Shown here piece after piece: positions 1-13,110 of a stretch of DNA of 64,000 nt; positions within the stretch are counted from its first letter, which is position 1; every line of letters starts with the position of its first letter. This DNA comes from Camelus dromedarius (lineage: Eukaryota), in assembly GCF_036321535.1 (NCBI RefSeq), contig NC_087437.1, positions 81,718,001 to 81,782,000 of the forward strand, read 5' to 3'. The translations under genes were made by a program, and so were the position numbers. Below the pieces are notes generated by a model. It made no database searches, was not told the origin of the DNA, and saw only the letters and a program-made list of their open reading frames with translations.

Positions 1-852
1 TATAATATTGCTATTGTTATTTTAAAAGAAAGAAAGTACACACTTTAGGATTACTGTGATGTAAATATACTTAATCATCTGGAAGATAATATGAAAATAG
101 TTATTTTGCTAAAAAATGAGATTTTAGTTGTCTAAATTTTTTCAAAAAGATCTTGAGATGACCTTACTTATTTACTGGCTTTCCAGTAAGAAAAGAAACA
201 TTCCAAAGAATAAAATGCATAAACTCTGTCATGTGATAACTTTAAAATTAAAACTAACAAAGGAGAAGAGTAGTCTCATCTATTGGGGGTTTGTTTATAA
301 ATTATAATTCCATTTTCAAATTAACATTTTACTTTAACATTACAATGCTTAAGAGGACATTCAGTGTAAGATTGTTGGCTTTCCTGGCCATTTCTTTACT
401 ACTCTCTCTCTCACTCCTTTGTGTGATTGTAAAATTTGTCTGAGTTAATTTATACCAAGACTAGTTGTGAAGGAAATCATCTTTTCTTTATATTTGTATT
501 AGCCCTGGTAGATAATTCCACGTAAGTTATCTTAGTTCTCACTGTTTTCCTCACATGAAAAATGAGGGCTTTAGGTATACAATTTTGTATATATAAAAAT
601 TTTTACCCAAAGATGTGATTGGTTATTTGGTTTGGTATTTTTGGTTTTATTTAGAATAAAAATTTCCTAGTGAATGATTTTAGATGGTCATCTCTTTCGG
701 TAAAGTCAGAATAATAAACTTCTACATACTCTGTATTTACTTCTACTAAGAGACGTGAAATACACCTTTACTCCATTCTTTCTACCCCCATCTTGGGGTA
801 TATGAGATGTTGGTATATAACTAGTAATGTATATTTCTAAAGTATTACTTCC

Positions 853-948
853 GAGGGGAGGGTGTAGCTCAAGCAGTAGAGCGCCTGCTTAGCAAGCACG
901 AGGTCCCAAGTTCAATCCCCAGTACCCTCTCTAAAATAAATAAATAAG
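853..948 (+). mobile_element. tRNA-derived SINE (Vic-1-like, camelid)
   Basis: ggggagggtgtagctcaagcagtagagc (A box) ... gttcaatcccc (B box), AAAT tail; 15-bp TSD taaag(t/c)attacttcc at 838-852 and 949-963. Confidence 0.85.
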
Positions 949-1199
949 TAAAGCATTACTTCCTACAAAGAGGAAAAAGAACACAATTAAGACAAGGCAC
1001 AATATTTCTTCACCTTCAATACAATGAAAAAGCACTGCTTTAGCCCTGATCAATAATGTCAAAAGTAACTTAGGTACTTTGAAAAAGTCATTTATCTTCT
1101 CTTTACCTCATTTTTTTCAATTACAAAATAGAGATATAATAATAGCTTCCTCGACAACTTCCTAGGATTTGTGCATCTACTGAGATTAAAAACAAAATG

Positions 1200-1830
1200 T
1201 TAGAATATACTATAGAGAAAATCGTACATTTTGAAAGTGTACAGCTTGATACATTTTTACCGAGTATGCTCATGTAATAAACATGCAAGACATGAAGCAG
1301 AATGTCCCCATACCCTAGAAATATCACTCACATCCCTTCAAGTCACTACTCCCTGCCAAGAGCATTCACTATCCTGATTTCTAATGCTATAGACTTTTGC
1401 TTATGCTTGAACTTTATATAAAAGGACTCACATGGGATGTACTCTTTTATGCCCAAGTTGTTTCACTCAACATTATGTTTATGAGATTCATCCCTACTGT
1501 GTGCAGTTTATGGACCATTCCTTTTCCTTGCTGTATGGTATTCAGTTTTATGAAAGTACCATGATTTATTTATACATTTCTCTGTTGATGGGCATTAGGA
1601 TAGTGTTTGCTTCTGGCTTTATGAATGGGAGAACAGATATATTCATTTCTGCTGGGTATACACCTAGAATTGAGATTTCTTGGTCATAGCTTGTACGTAT
1701 GTTTGGCTTTAGCAAATACTGCCAAACAGTTGTTCAAAATAGTTGATCTGGTTGACAGTCCCACAAGTAATGGATGAGATATCTGGTTGCTGCACATCTC
1801 CAACACTTGGGATTTTCTCTGTTGAGATTT
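1200..1830 (-). mobile_element. Old L1 3' region fragment (L1MC/L1ME-like); ends approximate
   Basis: L1 antisense motifs such as cattatgtttatgagattcatcc, ctgttgatgggcattagg and gggtatacacctagaattg. Confidence 0.75.
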
Positions 1831-3388
1831 AATATACATAAAATAATTTCAAAAAACATAAATCTCCTTCAAATGCAAGATGCTTCATAATTTTATTTTA
1901 CTAGTTTGTCTTGTTCCAAAGTAATTTAAGGTGAGTCGAAGGTAATACTATGAATGCCACTTAACTGCTCACAGCTTCTCTTCAAACTGCTAGTACCCTC
2001 TGGGGCAGCCTTAATTAAGTTATGCCTTTGTTCATCCAAATAAAAACAAGCCCAATAACCAAACTGAATTAAATTTTCCTAATTTTACTAGAGTGTTTCT
2101 CAGAAATGCTAATGACATCCTTTAGTTCTACAGACAACAGAGACTAATTCCTCCCAGTTTGTAAAAACCTAGAGGAGCTCAACTCTATACCACAGGCTGG
2201 GAAAATTTAGCAGGCAGCAAACACACTCACTTAAAATGCAAATCACATTCCTGTGCAAACTTAGTCACCCAAACACTAAAACCAGAATTCATCCTATTTC
2301 TTCTACGTCCACAGCCTGACTTCACTACATCTGACTTTGTGGGCTCTTTTGAGAAATTCTATCAGTTTCTTTCTGAGAATAAGAGCAACATTGGATAGAG
2401 GAGAGGAAGGGAGAAGCCTGTACTTAACAATGGCTATAATTATTAGCAGACCCAATCATGGGTCTTTTCTGTGATCTGGCAAAAATGCTCAAGCTCTGGG
2501 AGCTCTAAAGACAATTGTCATCTCTGTCCTTACTCTTTGCAGCTGCTGACCCTAACCTTCCTTCCTGTCAGTCTTCCCTTCCATTTATTTTAAATCAACA
2601 AGGTTTTGCTCTGTTACCCTCATCTATACAACGTCACTTCTAATGGAGAGTGTGACTCTATCCTGAGATGCTGTTTTACTTAATTAACAAAACAAATATT
2701 TACAAAATACATTCTACGTGTCTGACACTGAGAACCCAGAGATAAATAAGAGTCTTTTAATAGCCACAGACTAGTGAAAGCTACAGATAGGTACACATCT
2801 GGCTACAAGTTCTAAAATATCAATAATAAATCATATGTAAACATAAAAGGACCTTAGTTTGTTACACAAGCATATGTGGGACAAATGAGAAAGATATTCT
2901 ATTCTCCCTCCTACTGTTCTTTCATTTACTTTTATTACTTCAGTCTCAGGTTACAATTACAGTAATTTATTCAAGTAGAAAGAAAACCACAATCTGACAA
3001 ATATATGAAAGTAACACCAATGATGGAAAATGCTCACCTTTCATATTGTTTCTCTGTTTTGGTTTGGGTTTTGTGTGTGGTTGGGGGGACTTTAGTTTTT
3101 TGTTTTTGCGGTTTTTTTTTACATTTCTTCCTGGAAACCCCTTATGACTCCTTGACTCAAAGCTCATGAACTATCTCCCACTGGTAATTTCTGATTGATA
3201 CAGACTCAGAAGCTTCTCCAGACAGGTTGTAAATTGGTCTCAATTTGTATGTGTCCATCCCACTCTTTCCATCTCCAGCCTCCTTCTTCACAGGCTTGTT
3301 AACATATATTTGATAAGAATGTAGTGGACAAAAATAAAATAGAAGACCAACAATTTAATATGTTTGTACAGTGTACACGAATGGGTCG

Positions 3389-3552
3389 CAGACCTTAAAG
3401 TGCATAAGGAATCACTGGAGCGTTCTAAGTACAGATTGCTAGGTTCCACTCCAAGAGAATTTGATTCAATAGTTTGGGCACAGGAATCTGCATTTAGTAA
3501 TCAACCCAGTTGATTCTGATGGAGGTGGTTCTTGAAACTCATTTTGAGAAAG
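3389..3552. mobile_element. MER5-like hAT-Charlie MITE
   Basis: gaatcactggag...cagattgctagg...caggaatctgcattt...gattctgatg...tttgagaa pattern. Confidence 0.65.
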
Positions 3553-3697
3553 CCCACTTTGGTTCCCATTTAACAAACACACAAATGCTCCACATGATTG
3601 AGAAGATGCAAATCCCTACCTGGCTCCTATCTTTACACAGATAAGCATCGCCAGTCCTCTTGTCAACAGCTCTCCTCCCCACCCCCACCCCCGCAAA

Positions 3698-3997
3698 TTA
3701 ATACATTTTATTGTTTTAGAGTTTTAGATTTACAGAAAAATTGAATGGAAAGTACAGAGAGTTCCCAGAGAACCCCTATAACTCCCATGGGCTCCACCTA
3801 TTCATCTTTTCTTCCCTTCCCCCCCAAAACCCTTGGCAACCACTGATCTTTTCACGGTCAGCATTTAGTATTGTCAATGCTTGGATGTTAGCCATTCTAA
3901 GAGGTATGTAGTGATATCTCTTGTTTTAATTTGTAATTCCCTAATGACATGTGAAGTTGAGCATCCTTTTAAATGCTTATTTGCCATCTGTATATGT
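3698..3997 (-). mobile_element. Old L1 3' end fragments
   Basis: gttttagatttacagaaaaattg, ggcaaccactgatc, ttagccattctaagaggtatgtagtgatatctc. Confidence 0.7.
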
Positions 3998-6149
3998 AAT
4001 TGCTAATATCATCTGATTCCCAGTCTAAGTATCTCTATTGGGCTGATGTTTCTTAATTCTTCCTAATCCCAGGAAGCTGTTGACTCAGGCTCTCTGTCCC
4101 CAGTAGACATCTTGTTCTGACGTCCTCTTTATTCCTACACTTCACTGGAACTAAAGGCCCTGGAGTTTTCAAACAATATACCACTTCCTCTAGAGGCTTT
4201 GACTTGGGCTGCTGACAGAGAAATCTTTATTAAATCCTTTAAAATGATATTATTCAAGAGACACACAAGGGAAATGAGTGGTGAGAAGAGGAGGTACTAT
4301 TATGAAAGTGGCCCTAGGACATTAGGTTTATCATGAAATTCTTTCCATGACTAAGTTCATCTTTTCCATTTTAGTTTCAGGGAGGATATTTGACCCCTTG
4401 GAACTAGGAATCTTCTCCTACTTTTACCAAACTGTTAAAGCCAATGAATATTCAAGTGAAACCTTATCCAAATTTGGGGCTTCCCTGACCACTGAGGACC
4501 CTCTGCCTGAGTTATTGCTCCTGAAGTTCACACAGCTCTCTCTGGAGAGCACAGAATGGAAGCCAAGTTTCTTGGATGAGATGCAGTAAGTTTTCCAAGG
4601 ATGTGGTTGATCCCAGAAAATACACAGCTAATTTATAAGAAGGCAACTGCCTTGAGGATAACATATGAAGGATTCCAGAGGTCAAGAATTGACCTCAGTC
4701 CGTATGGGAAATTCTCACTGGTGTGAACTAAAAAACTTGCACGAAGCTATAGGCTATCTAAAACAGCTGATGATGCTATTTTATGTTTTATACAGAAAGA
4801 GGTCAAAGATGAAAATCTTGAAATACAGACTTCATCTCCACATTGGCTGGGAGACTGATAGTATCTGAGCCGGCTGGAAGGAGGCTGGGGAATCGGAAAC
4901 TCCTTCCTTATGCTGGTGCTAGTCCTGATCCTAGGATTTAACTATCATTTTCAGTTTAAAAGAGTCCAATAGGTCTATATATTTTAATATATTTTTATAG
5001 AAGAGGAGAATTTTTCCAGTCTTTTGAGTCTCACTAGAAGCCAATAAATCACGTTAAAAGAGGCCCAGATTATCTGCCTTCCTGCATCTTAATGCCTCCG
5101 CAAGTTCATGCATTACCTCACAGGATTGGTATGTGGCAGATTCTATTTTGAGTCTTCCGATGATTCCTTCATTTAGTCTTTCTTGAGAACCAGAGTTCAG
5201 AAAAATCTGTGCAACTGGAAGTCGCCCTAGTCCCCTGGATCTTGCAGTCCTAGTTTCAAAGAGGTCAGTGTCTTCTTAAGGGCCATGTGGAGGCTCCAGT
5301 GTGTTCCCAGGAGAATGCATTCCTTGTGCTAAGAAGTTATCTACAGAGCATCTTAGACAGAGTTCTGTTCGGTGCTGTAGTGACATAAGATGTCTGTGGC
5401 TGAAGAACTTTTTGAGTTGCTAAATAATGGGACTGTTTTAGTGAACCCAATAAACCCTAGTTAATAAAACTCCCCATTGATGTGGACACTATTCATTTCC
5501 AATGAAACTAGCAAGACAGGAACCTCACACAAAAAGCGTGCTGTCCTAACTTATTGGAAGATACTGCAGCTGAAAGCTACCACCATTTTCACTCCATCTT
5601 CCTTACTGATATTTGGTTTATTCAAATGCTTAGCACAGGTGCACTCATAAAGGCTTTTTGGTATCTGCCATTCTAAATTCCAAGCATGGCACACTGACCC
5701 TGAGACTTTGTTTGTTTTGGTGGTAAAATATACATAACATAAAATTTGCCCTTTTAACCATTTTTAAGTATACAGTTCAGTGGCATTAAGAACACTTTGT
5801 TGTGCAACCATCACCACCATCCATCTCCAGAACTACTTCATCTTCCCCAAATGAAACTCTGTTCCAGTTAAAAAATAACTTTCCATTCCCCATTACGCCA
5901 AGCCCCTGGCAACCACCATTCTACTTTCTGTCTCTGTCTGACATAGGTATATAAGAGTAAATAAGGTATATAAGAGTATACACATTATTTGTCTCTTTGT
6001 GTGGCTTATTTCACATGGCATAATGTCCTCTAGGTTCATCCATGTTGTAGCATGTGTTAGAATTTTGCTTTTAAAGGCTCAAATATCTACTATTGTGTGT
6101 ATATACATACAAATACACACACACACACACACATATATACATGCACCCA

Positions 6150-6373
6150 CAGTGGACCCTTGAACAACATGGGTTTGAACTGTGCAGGTCCGCTGGTACA
6201 CTGATTTTTTTTCACTAAATATGTACTACAACACTACATGATCCATGGTTGATTGATCCTTGGATCTTGAATTCCATTGCTGATATAAAGGGCAGATGTA
6301 AAGTTATATGCAGATTTTCGACTCCGCAGAGGGTACAACACCCATAAACCCTGGGTTTTTCAAGTATCAACTG
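6150..6373. mobile_element. Tigger2-derived MITE (MER8-like) nested in L1
   Basis: Terminal inverted repeats cagtggacccttgaacaacatggg ... ccctgggtttttcaagtatcaactg. Confidence 0.8.
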
Positions 6374-7940
6374 TGTGTCTGTATTATATGTGTGTATGTA
6401 CATATGTATGTATCTATCACTTTCTCTATATATACTAATACTACATTTTGTTTATCTATTCATCTGTCAGTGGACACTTGAGTTGCTTCCACTTTTTGGC
6501 TATTATGAATAACGCTGCTATGAACATGGGTGTACAAGTATCTCTTAAATTTCCTGCTTTTTAGTGTATATACTCAGAAGTGGAATTGCTGGATCATGTA
6601 ACTCTTTTTATTTTTTTGAAAACTTATCATACCATGTTCCACAGTGGCTGGAGCATTTTATATTCCCACCAGCAGTGGATTCCACTTCTTCACATCCTTG
6701 TCAACGCTTGTAATTTTCTGTTTTTTTGATAATAGCCATCTTAATGTGTGTGTAGTAATAGTTCATTGTGGTTTTGATATGAATTTCCTCAATGATTAGA
6801 TATTGAGCATCTTTTCATGTGCTTAGTGGCCATTTGTGTATCTTCTTTGGAGATGTTTATTCAAGTCTTTTGCCCATTTAAAACTGGATTGTTTTTTTGT
6901 TGTTGTTGAGTTGTAGTTTCAAAAATATATTCTGAGTATTAGTCCCTTATAAGACATATGATTTGTGAATATTTTCTTTCATTCTGGGGGCTTACTTTTT
7001 GCTCTGTTGATAGTGTCTTTTGATGCAGAAAAGTTCTTAATTTTGATGAAGTCCAATTTATCTATTTTTCTTTGCTTGACCGTGCTTTTGGTGTCATATC
7101 CAAGAAAACACTGCCAAATCCAATGTCCTAAAGCTTTCTTCCTATGTTTTCTTCTAAGTTTTAGCTCTAACATTTAGGTCTTTGATCCATTTTAATTTTC
7201 TTTGTAGTGTAAGCAAGGGTCCAACTTAACTTTTTTGCATTTTCTTTTTTTTCTTTTTTTTTTTTTTTCTTTTTTTTGCATTTGGAGATCCAGTTTCCCC
7301 AAGACCATTTGTTTAAAAGACTGTCTTTTTCCTAATTGAATAATCTTGGCACCCTTAATGAAAATCATTTGACCATATATGTGTGGGTTTACTTCTGGAT
7401 TCTCTATTGTATTCCATTGGAATATATGTCTCTTTATGTACCACACTGTTTTCATTGCCATAGCATTATAATAAGTTTCTAGATCAGGAATGTGAGACCT
7501 CTATGTGTTGTCCTTTTTCTTCAAGATTGTTTTGACCATTCAGGATCCATTGATAAAGTTCCATAATAATCTTAGGATGAATTTTCTATTTCTGAAAACA
7601 ATGTGGAGTTTTTGATGATGATTGTGTCAAATCTGTAGATCATGTTGGGTAGCGCTGACATCTTAACAATATTAAACCTTCTAATCCATGAACATAGGAT
7701 GTTTTTCCATTTATTGTTTTTAATTTCTTTCAGCAGTGTTTTATAGTGTTCAGTGTAATTAACCTTCTTGGTTAAGTTTATTGCTAACTATTTCATTCTT
7801 TCTGATGCTATCATAAATTGAATTGTTTTCTTAACCTCTTTTTGGATTGTTCACTGTTAGTGCATAGAAACACAACTGATTTTTGTGTGTTGATTTTGTA
7901 TCCTACAACTTTGCTGAATTCTCTTATTAGTTTTAACAGG

Positions 7941-7992
<52 letters not shown>
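7941..7992. repeat. (TG)n microsatellite, interrupted
   Basis: Direct reading of the sequence. Confidence 0.95.
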
Positions 7993-7996
<4 letters not shown>

Positions 7997-9410
7997 AATC
8001 TTTAGGGTTTCCTATATATATGATCCTGTCATTTGCAAACAAAAATTTATGTCCTTTTTCCTTTCCATTTTGGATGTCTTTTATTTTTTATCTTGCTTAA
8101 TCGCTCTGAATAGAACTTTTAGGACTATGTTGAATACAGGTGGTGAAAGTAAGCCTCCTTACCTTGTTCCTGGTCTTAGAGGAAAAGCTTTCAGTCTTTC
8201 ACCATCGAGCACATTAGTTGTGTGTTTTTCATATATTGCCTTTATTATATTGAAGTAACTTTTATCTAATCCTCATTTGTTGAGTGTTTTTATTATGGAA
8301 GGTGTCGAATTTTGTCAAATGCTTTTTCTACGTCAATTGAGATCACCCTGAAATTTTGTAACCAGGGAAATAGCTCTTATTCTTGGCCTCTCCAAGTGGC
8401 GAGAGGCCTCAGCAATTAAGAACTTGCAGTTTTATTTCCTGAGACTCTGTTTTCCTCCATGCCTCTTAGTGAAGCCAACCACTGGGTGTCAATTACAGCA
8501 ATCAGATCTAGCTATTCCCTTCTCTTGATCTAGCTACTGTTTTCTTAAACCCAGCAATAGTCAGCTGTAGACTTCCTTCTTTCTTGCTAACATTTAGACA
8601 AAATGGTAAATCAGTTTGGACTTATCAATGAATGGCTGGAAACCATTTTGGATGGGATGGATTTATTTTAATTTTTAAATGATCATATAGTAAAATGAAC
8701 TTTTTTGGACATTTATAGACAGATTCATGTAACTACTACCACAATCAGGATACAGCTCAGTTCCATTACCCTAGAAAAACTCCTGCATTCTATCCCTTTA
8801 TTGCCACATCTTCCTCCTACCTTGAATTCCTGGCAACCACTAATCTTCATCACTATAGTTTTATCTTTTTGAGAATGTCATATAGTGTGTAACACGTTAT
8901 ATCTGTAAGGAGAAGCTTAAGTGTGACTGATAGCTTTACTAGCAGCCATTTTGAATAACAGAACTGTTCTAAACCATGATCCTGGTATCATAATCATGAT
9001 AGAAGACAATAATCATAGATTCATATGTTGTATCAGCCCAGAGCAACAGCCTTTGAACTTCTATCAGTCTGCTAGGAAGAATGTTAGCCAAATTACAAGA
9101 CTAATGGTTGAGAACTAGTGTCAATCTTTTAGCAACTGGATCACAAGAAATAACAGAATGTAAGGTTACCATCTGTGGTACATGGCCACTTCATGGATTG
9201 CTACATGTCATCATCTACACATGAAGCACAGTGAGGAGGAAATATATTACGCTGAAAACTACAGAGTCATGCAAGAGATGATTTCTAGCAGATTGCAAAG
9301 CAACTATGCTTTGTTTCTACTGCAGTGGTATAATTTTCAGATCAAACATATTTGATATGGTCAGATAAAACATATTTAGTACAGTAAACTGGAAATATTC
9401 ATACTTTATC

Positions 9411-12300
9411 TATTAGGATGCTTTTGGCTGCAAGTAACAGAATATTCAGTGGAAAGAAGCTAAAGTAATAAGAGGGAGGCTTTCTTATCTCACATTAAAA
9501 AATGTCTAGAAGTAGATAGTTCCAGGACTGAATCAGTGGTCTCAACAATGTCATGAAGAATCCTGCTCTTTCCAAAAGCCACATGATTATCTTAATAGAT
9601 GCAGAAAAAGCATTTGACAAAATACAACATCTATTCATGATAAAAACTCTTACCAAAGTGGGTATAGAGAGAACACGTCTCAACATAATAAAAGCCATTT
9701 ATGACAAATCCACAGACTGTAACATAATACTCAATGGTGAAAAGCTGAAAGCCTTCCCACTAAATTCAGGAACAAGACAAGGATGCCCACTCTCACCACT
9801 TCTATTCAGTACAGTATTAGGAGTCCTAGACAGAGCAATTAGAAAAAAGAAATAAAAAATATCAAAATAGGAAGGGAAAAGGTAGAACTGTCACTATATG
9901 CAAATGACATGCTACTCTATAGAGAGAACCCTAAAGTCCCCACATAAAAGAACTAATAAATGAATTCAGCAAGGTAATTGTATACAAGATTAATATACAG
10001 AAATCTGTTGCATATCTTTATACTAAAAATGAAATATCAGAAAGAAAAGTAAAGAAAACAATCCCATTTAAAATTGTCAAAAAATACCTAGGAATAAACT
10101 TAAACAAGGAAGTGAGAGACCTATATGTTGAAAACTATAAAGCACTGATAAAGGAAATTGAAGATGATTCAAAGAAACGGAAATATACCCCATGCTCTTG
10201 GATTGAAAGAAATAATATTGTTGAAATGGCCATAGCATCCAAAGCGATCTACAGATTTAATGCGATCCTTATCAGATTAACCAGGACATTTTTCACAGAA
10301 CTAGAACAAATAATCTTAAAATTTATGTGGAATCACAAAAGACCCAGGATTGCCAAAGCAATCCTGGGGAAAAAGAACAAAGCTGCAGGTATAACCCTTC
10401 TAGATTTCAGATAATACTACAAAGCTATAGTAATCAAAACAGTATGGTACTGGCACAAAAACAGATACACAGTTCAACGGAACAGAATAGAGAGCCCAGA
10501 GATAAACCCACACACCTACGGTCGATTAATCTACAACAAAGGAGGCAAGAATATACAATGGAGAAGAGACCGTCTTTTCAACAAGTGGGAAATCAGGACA
10601 GCTACATGTAAAAGAATGAAGATGGAACACTCCCTCACAGCATACACAAAAATAAGCTCAAAATGGTTTAAAGACCTAAATATAAAACATGACACCATAG
10701 AACTCCTAGAAAAGAACAAAGGCAAAACATTCTTGGGCATAAATTGTAGCAATATTTTCTTAGATCAGTTTCTCCAGGCAAAATAAATAAAAGCAAAAAT
10801 AAACAAATGGGACCAAACCAAATGTAAAAGCTTTTGCACAGCAAAGGAAACCACCAACAAAACAAAAACACAACCTAAAGAACAGGAGAAAACATTTGCA
10901 AACCATGTGACCAACAAGGTCTTAATATCCAAAATATACAAACAGCTCATACAACTCAATATTGAAGAAACAAACAACCCAATCAAAAATGGACAGAAGA
11001 CCTAAATAGACATTTCTCAAAAGAAGACATACCGATGGCCAACAGGCACATGAAAAGATGCTCAAAATTGCTAATTATTAGAGTAATGCAAATCAAAACT
11101 ACAATGAAGTATCACCCCCACACTAGTCAGAACGACTGTCATCAAAAAGTCTCCAAATTATAAATGCTGGAGAGGGTGTAGAGAAAAGGGAACGTTCCTA
11201 TACTGTTGGTGGGAATGCAAATTGGTGCAGCCACTATGGAAAATGGTAGGGAGGTCCCTTTAAAAACTAAAAATAGAGCTACCACATAATCCAGCAATTC
11301 CACTCCTGGGCATATATCTGAAAAAGACAAAAACCTTAATTTGAAAATATACATGCACCCCAATGTTCATAGCAGCACTATTTACAATAAACAAGACATG
11401 AAAACAACAAAAAAAAGTCCATCAACAGATGACTAGCTTAAGAAGATGTAGTGTATATATACACAATGGAACATTACTCAGCCATAAAAAAGAATGAAAT
11501 ATTGCTATTTGTAGCAACATAGAGGGACCAAGAGAATATTATACTAAGTGAATAAGTCAGACAAAGACAAGGATTTTATATCACTTATATGTGGAATCTA
11601 AAAAAAAATTAAACAAAGGAATCTGTATACAAAATAGAAATAGACTCAAAGACACAGAAAACAAACTTATGGTTACCAAAGAGGTATAAATTAGGAGTAT
11701 GGTATTAACAGATACAAACTACTATACATAAAATAGTAAGCAACAAGGATTTACCATATAACACAGGGAACTATATTCAGTATCTTGTAATAACCTACGA
11801 TGGAAAATAATCTGAAAAAATATATATACATAACTGAATAACTTTGTTGTACACCTGAAACTAACACAATATTGTTAATCAAGTACATTTCAATTTTTAA
11901 AACTTTTTAAAAAAAGAATCCAGCTTTTTAAAGCCTCCATTCCACTGTCCTCAGTATGAAAACTTTTGGCCCTCATTTTTTTTTTTTTAACCTCTTGGTT
12001 GCAAGATGGCTACTGCAGCTCCAGGCATCACATCGTCATACAATTGCATTTGTATGTAGGAAGCAGAGGCAGGTAAGGTAACATGAGAGCTCTTTTCATG
12101 TGTGCTTTGGCTTGTCTTGTAAGAAAATCTTCTCCTAAATCCCCCAACACACTTTCTCTTATGTCCCATAGTCAGAACTGGGTCCCTTTGCCATTCTTAC
12201 CCAAAGCAAAGTATATATCTAGCACTTTAATTTGTATCATGTGAAGTGGGCTTTGACAGGAGGGAAAAAGGGAAGTGACTCCCAGGAGGCTAACAGATCT
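9411..12300. mobile_element. Old MaLR LTR (MLT1J/K/L-like) split by an L1 insertion; parts about 9411-9570 and 11914-12300
   Basis: attaggatgcttttggctgcaagtaacagaa upstream and ggttgcaagatggctactgcagctccaggcatcacatc downstream of the L1. Confidence 0.7.
9572..11913 (+). mobile_element. 5'-truncated L1 (ORF2 RT/C-terminal region plus 3'UTR), frameshifted
   Basis: [30 protein letters not shown] and KAIYRFNAI motifs; A-rich tail; candidate TSD aagaatcc(t/a)gct(c/t)ttt at 9556-9571 and 11914-11929. Confidence 0.95.
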
Positions 12301-13099
12301 GCCTCATTGTTGAGAGGATTTAAGGGAGGAATGTGGGTAGGGCACATCTGACTAGGCTGGGCACATCTTTATTTCATTGTTTCATTTCTTTCTCCCCTTC
12401 AGATTTCCTTCCTCATTTTTCAGCTTTAGGAGAAAGACGGAAATCCAAATTTTGCTCAGCTTCCCTAAACAAAGGCACTGCTTGTCTCTTCCACCCCAAC
12501 CTACTTTTTGGAGCTCTGCAGCTCTAGTTTCCACAAACCATTTGGAATCTCCCTGACCTCTCAGAAAAGTCCCTGACCTCAGACTGAGGAATACATTTTT
12601 ATGGCCAATCCAAGGATGTTGATGATAAGAAAGAAACTGAGAAATCTTTATAAACAAAAAAGAAAAAAAATCAACTGAGTCTAAGTGAGTTCTGCAATGT
12701 TAGCCAGCACTAAAAATCATCTGTTTCAGTGGAGTGAAGCTCTTTTCCATACAGAAAAGGAGAGAAAGTCACCCCCACGCCTGTCTGCACTGACTGCTGG
12801 CTCTGTAGGCGCCACAAGATGTTTCTTGCCATCAGAGCAATGACTTCAGTTTTTCCATTCCAACTGCGGTGAAAATGAATAAGAAAACTGGATCCTGCCT
12901 CTGGAAGCAGGATACAGGCTCCACACTAATCAAAAAAGGAAGATTCATTATAAGACAATATTTCTCTCCCCAGACTCTGAAGAGTTCCTGCATTTGTCAG
13001 AGTGGCTCACAGACCGCCACAGGGTTAGAACGGGGATACTGTACAAGCCTGACCCTTTGCAGAAAATGTTTTTTTTTCCCCTAAATGAACTTCTCTGGG

Positions 13100-13110
13100 T
13101 GCTGAGTCAT
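13100..13110 (-). promoter_or_regulatory. Consensus ARE/CNC-sMAF (AP-1-containing) motif ATGACTCAGCA
   Basis: tgctgagtcat on the + strand, in a repeat-poor and relatively CpG-rich segment; function not shown. Confidence 0.35.

Larger units (their letters stand above)
5711..8344 (-). mobile_element. 5'-truncated L1 (L1MA/L1MB-like ORF2 end plus 3'UTR), interrupted by a MER8-like element
   Basis: ORF2-like fragments on the minus strand (KIDKLDFIKIKNF, NPEVNPHIYGQMIF); candidate TSD accctga(g/a)a(c/t)tttg at 5697-5710 and 8345-8358. Confidence 0.9.

Noticed and set aside
853..925. tRNA-like sequence with A and B boxes
   Set aside because: It has an AT-rich tail, TSDs and a diverged second copy at 50438-50576, so it is a SINE and not a tRNA gene.
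1..4000. Expected next gene (TBC1D23 by recalled synteny)
   Set aside because: No CpG island or recognisable exon is visible; it presumably lies outside the window.
7818..8258. Longest ORF in the track (146 aa, CVCVCV run)
   Set aside because: It is antisense L1 sequence read through a (TG)n microsatellite.
9553..10611. ORFs with reverse-transcriptase-like motifs
   Set aside because: These are frameshifted pieces of a 5'-truncated L1 ORF2, not an intact RT or a novel retroelement system.
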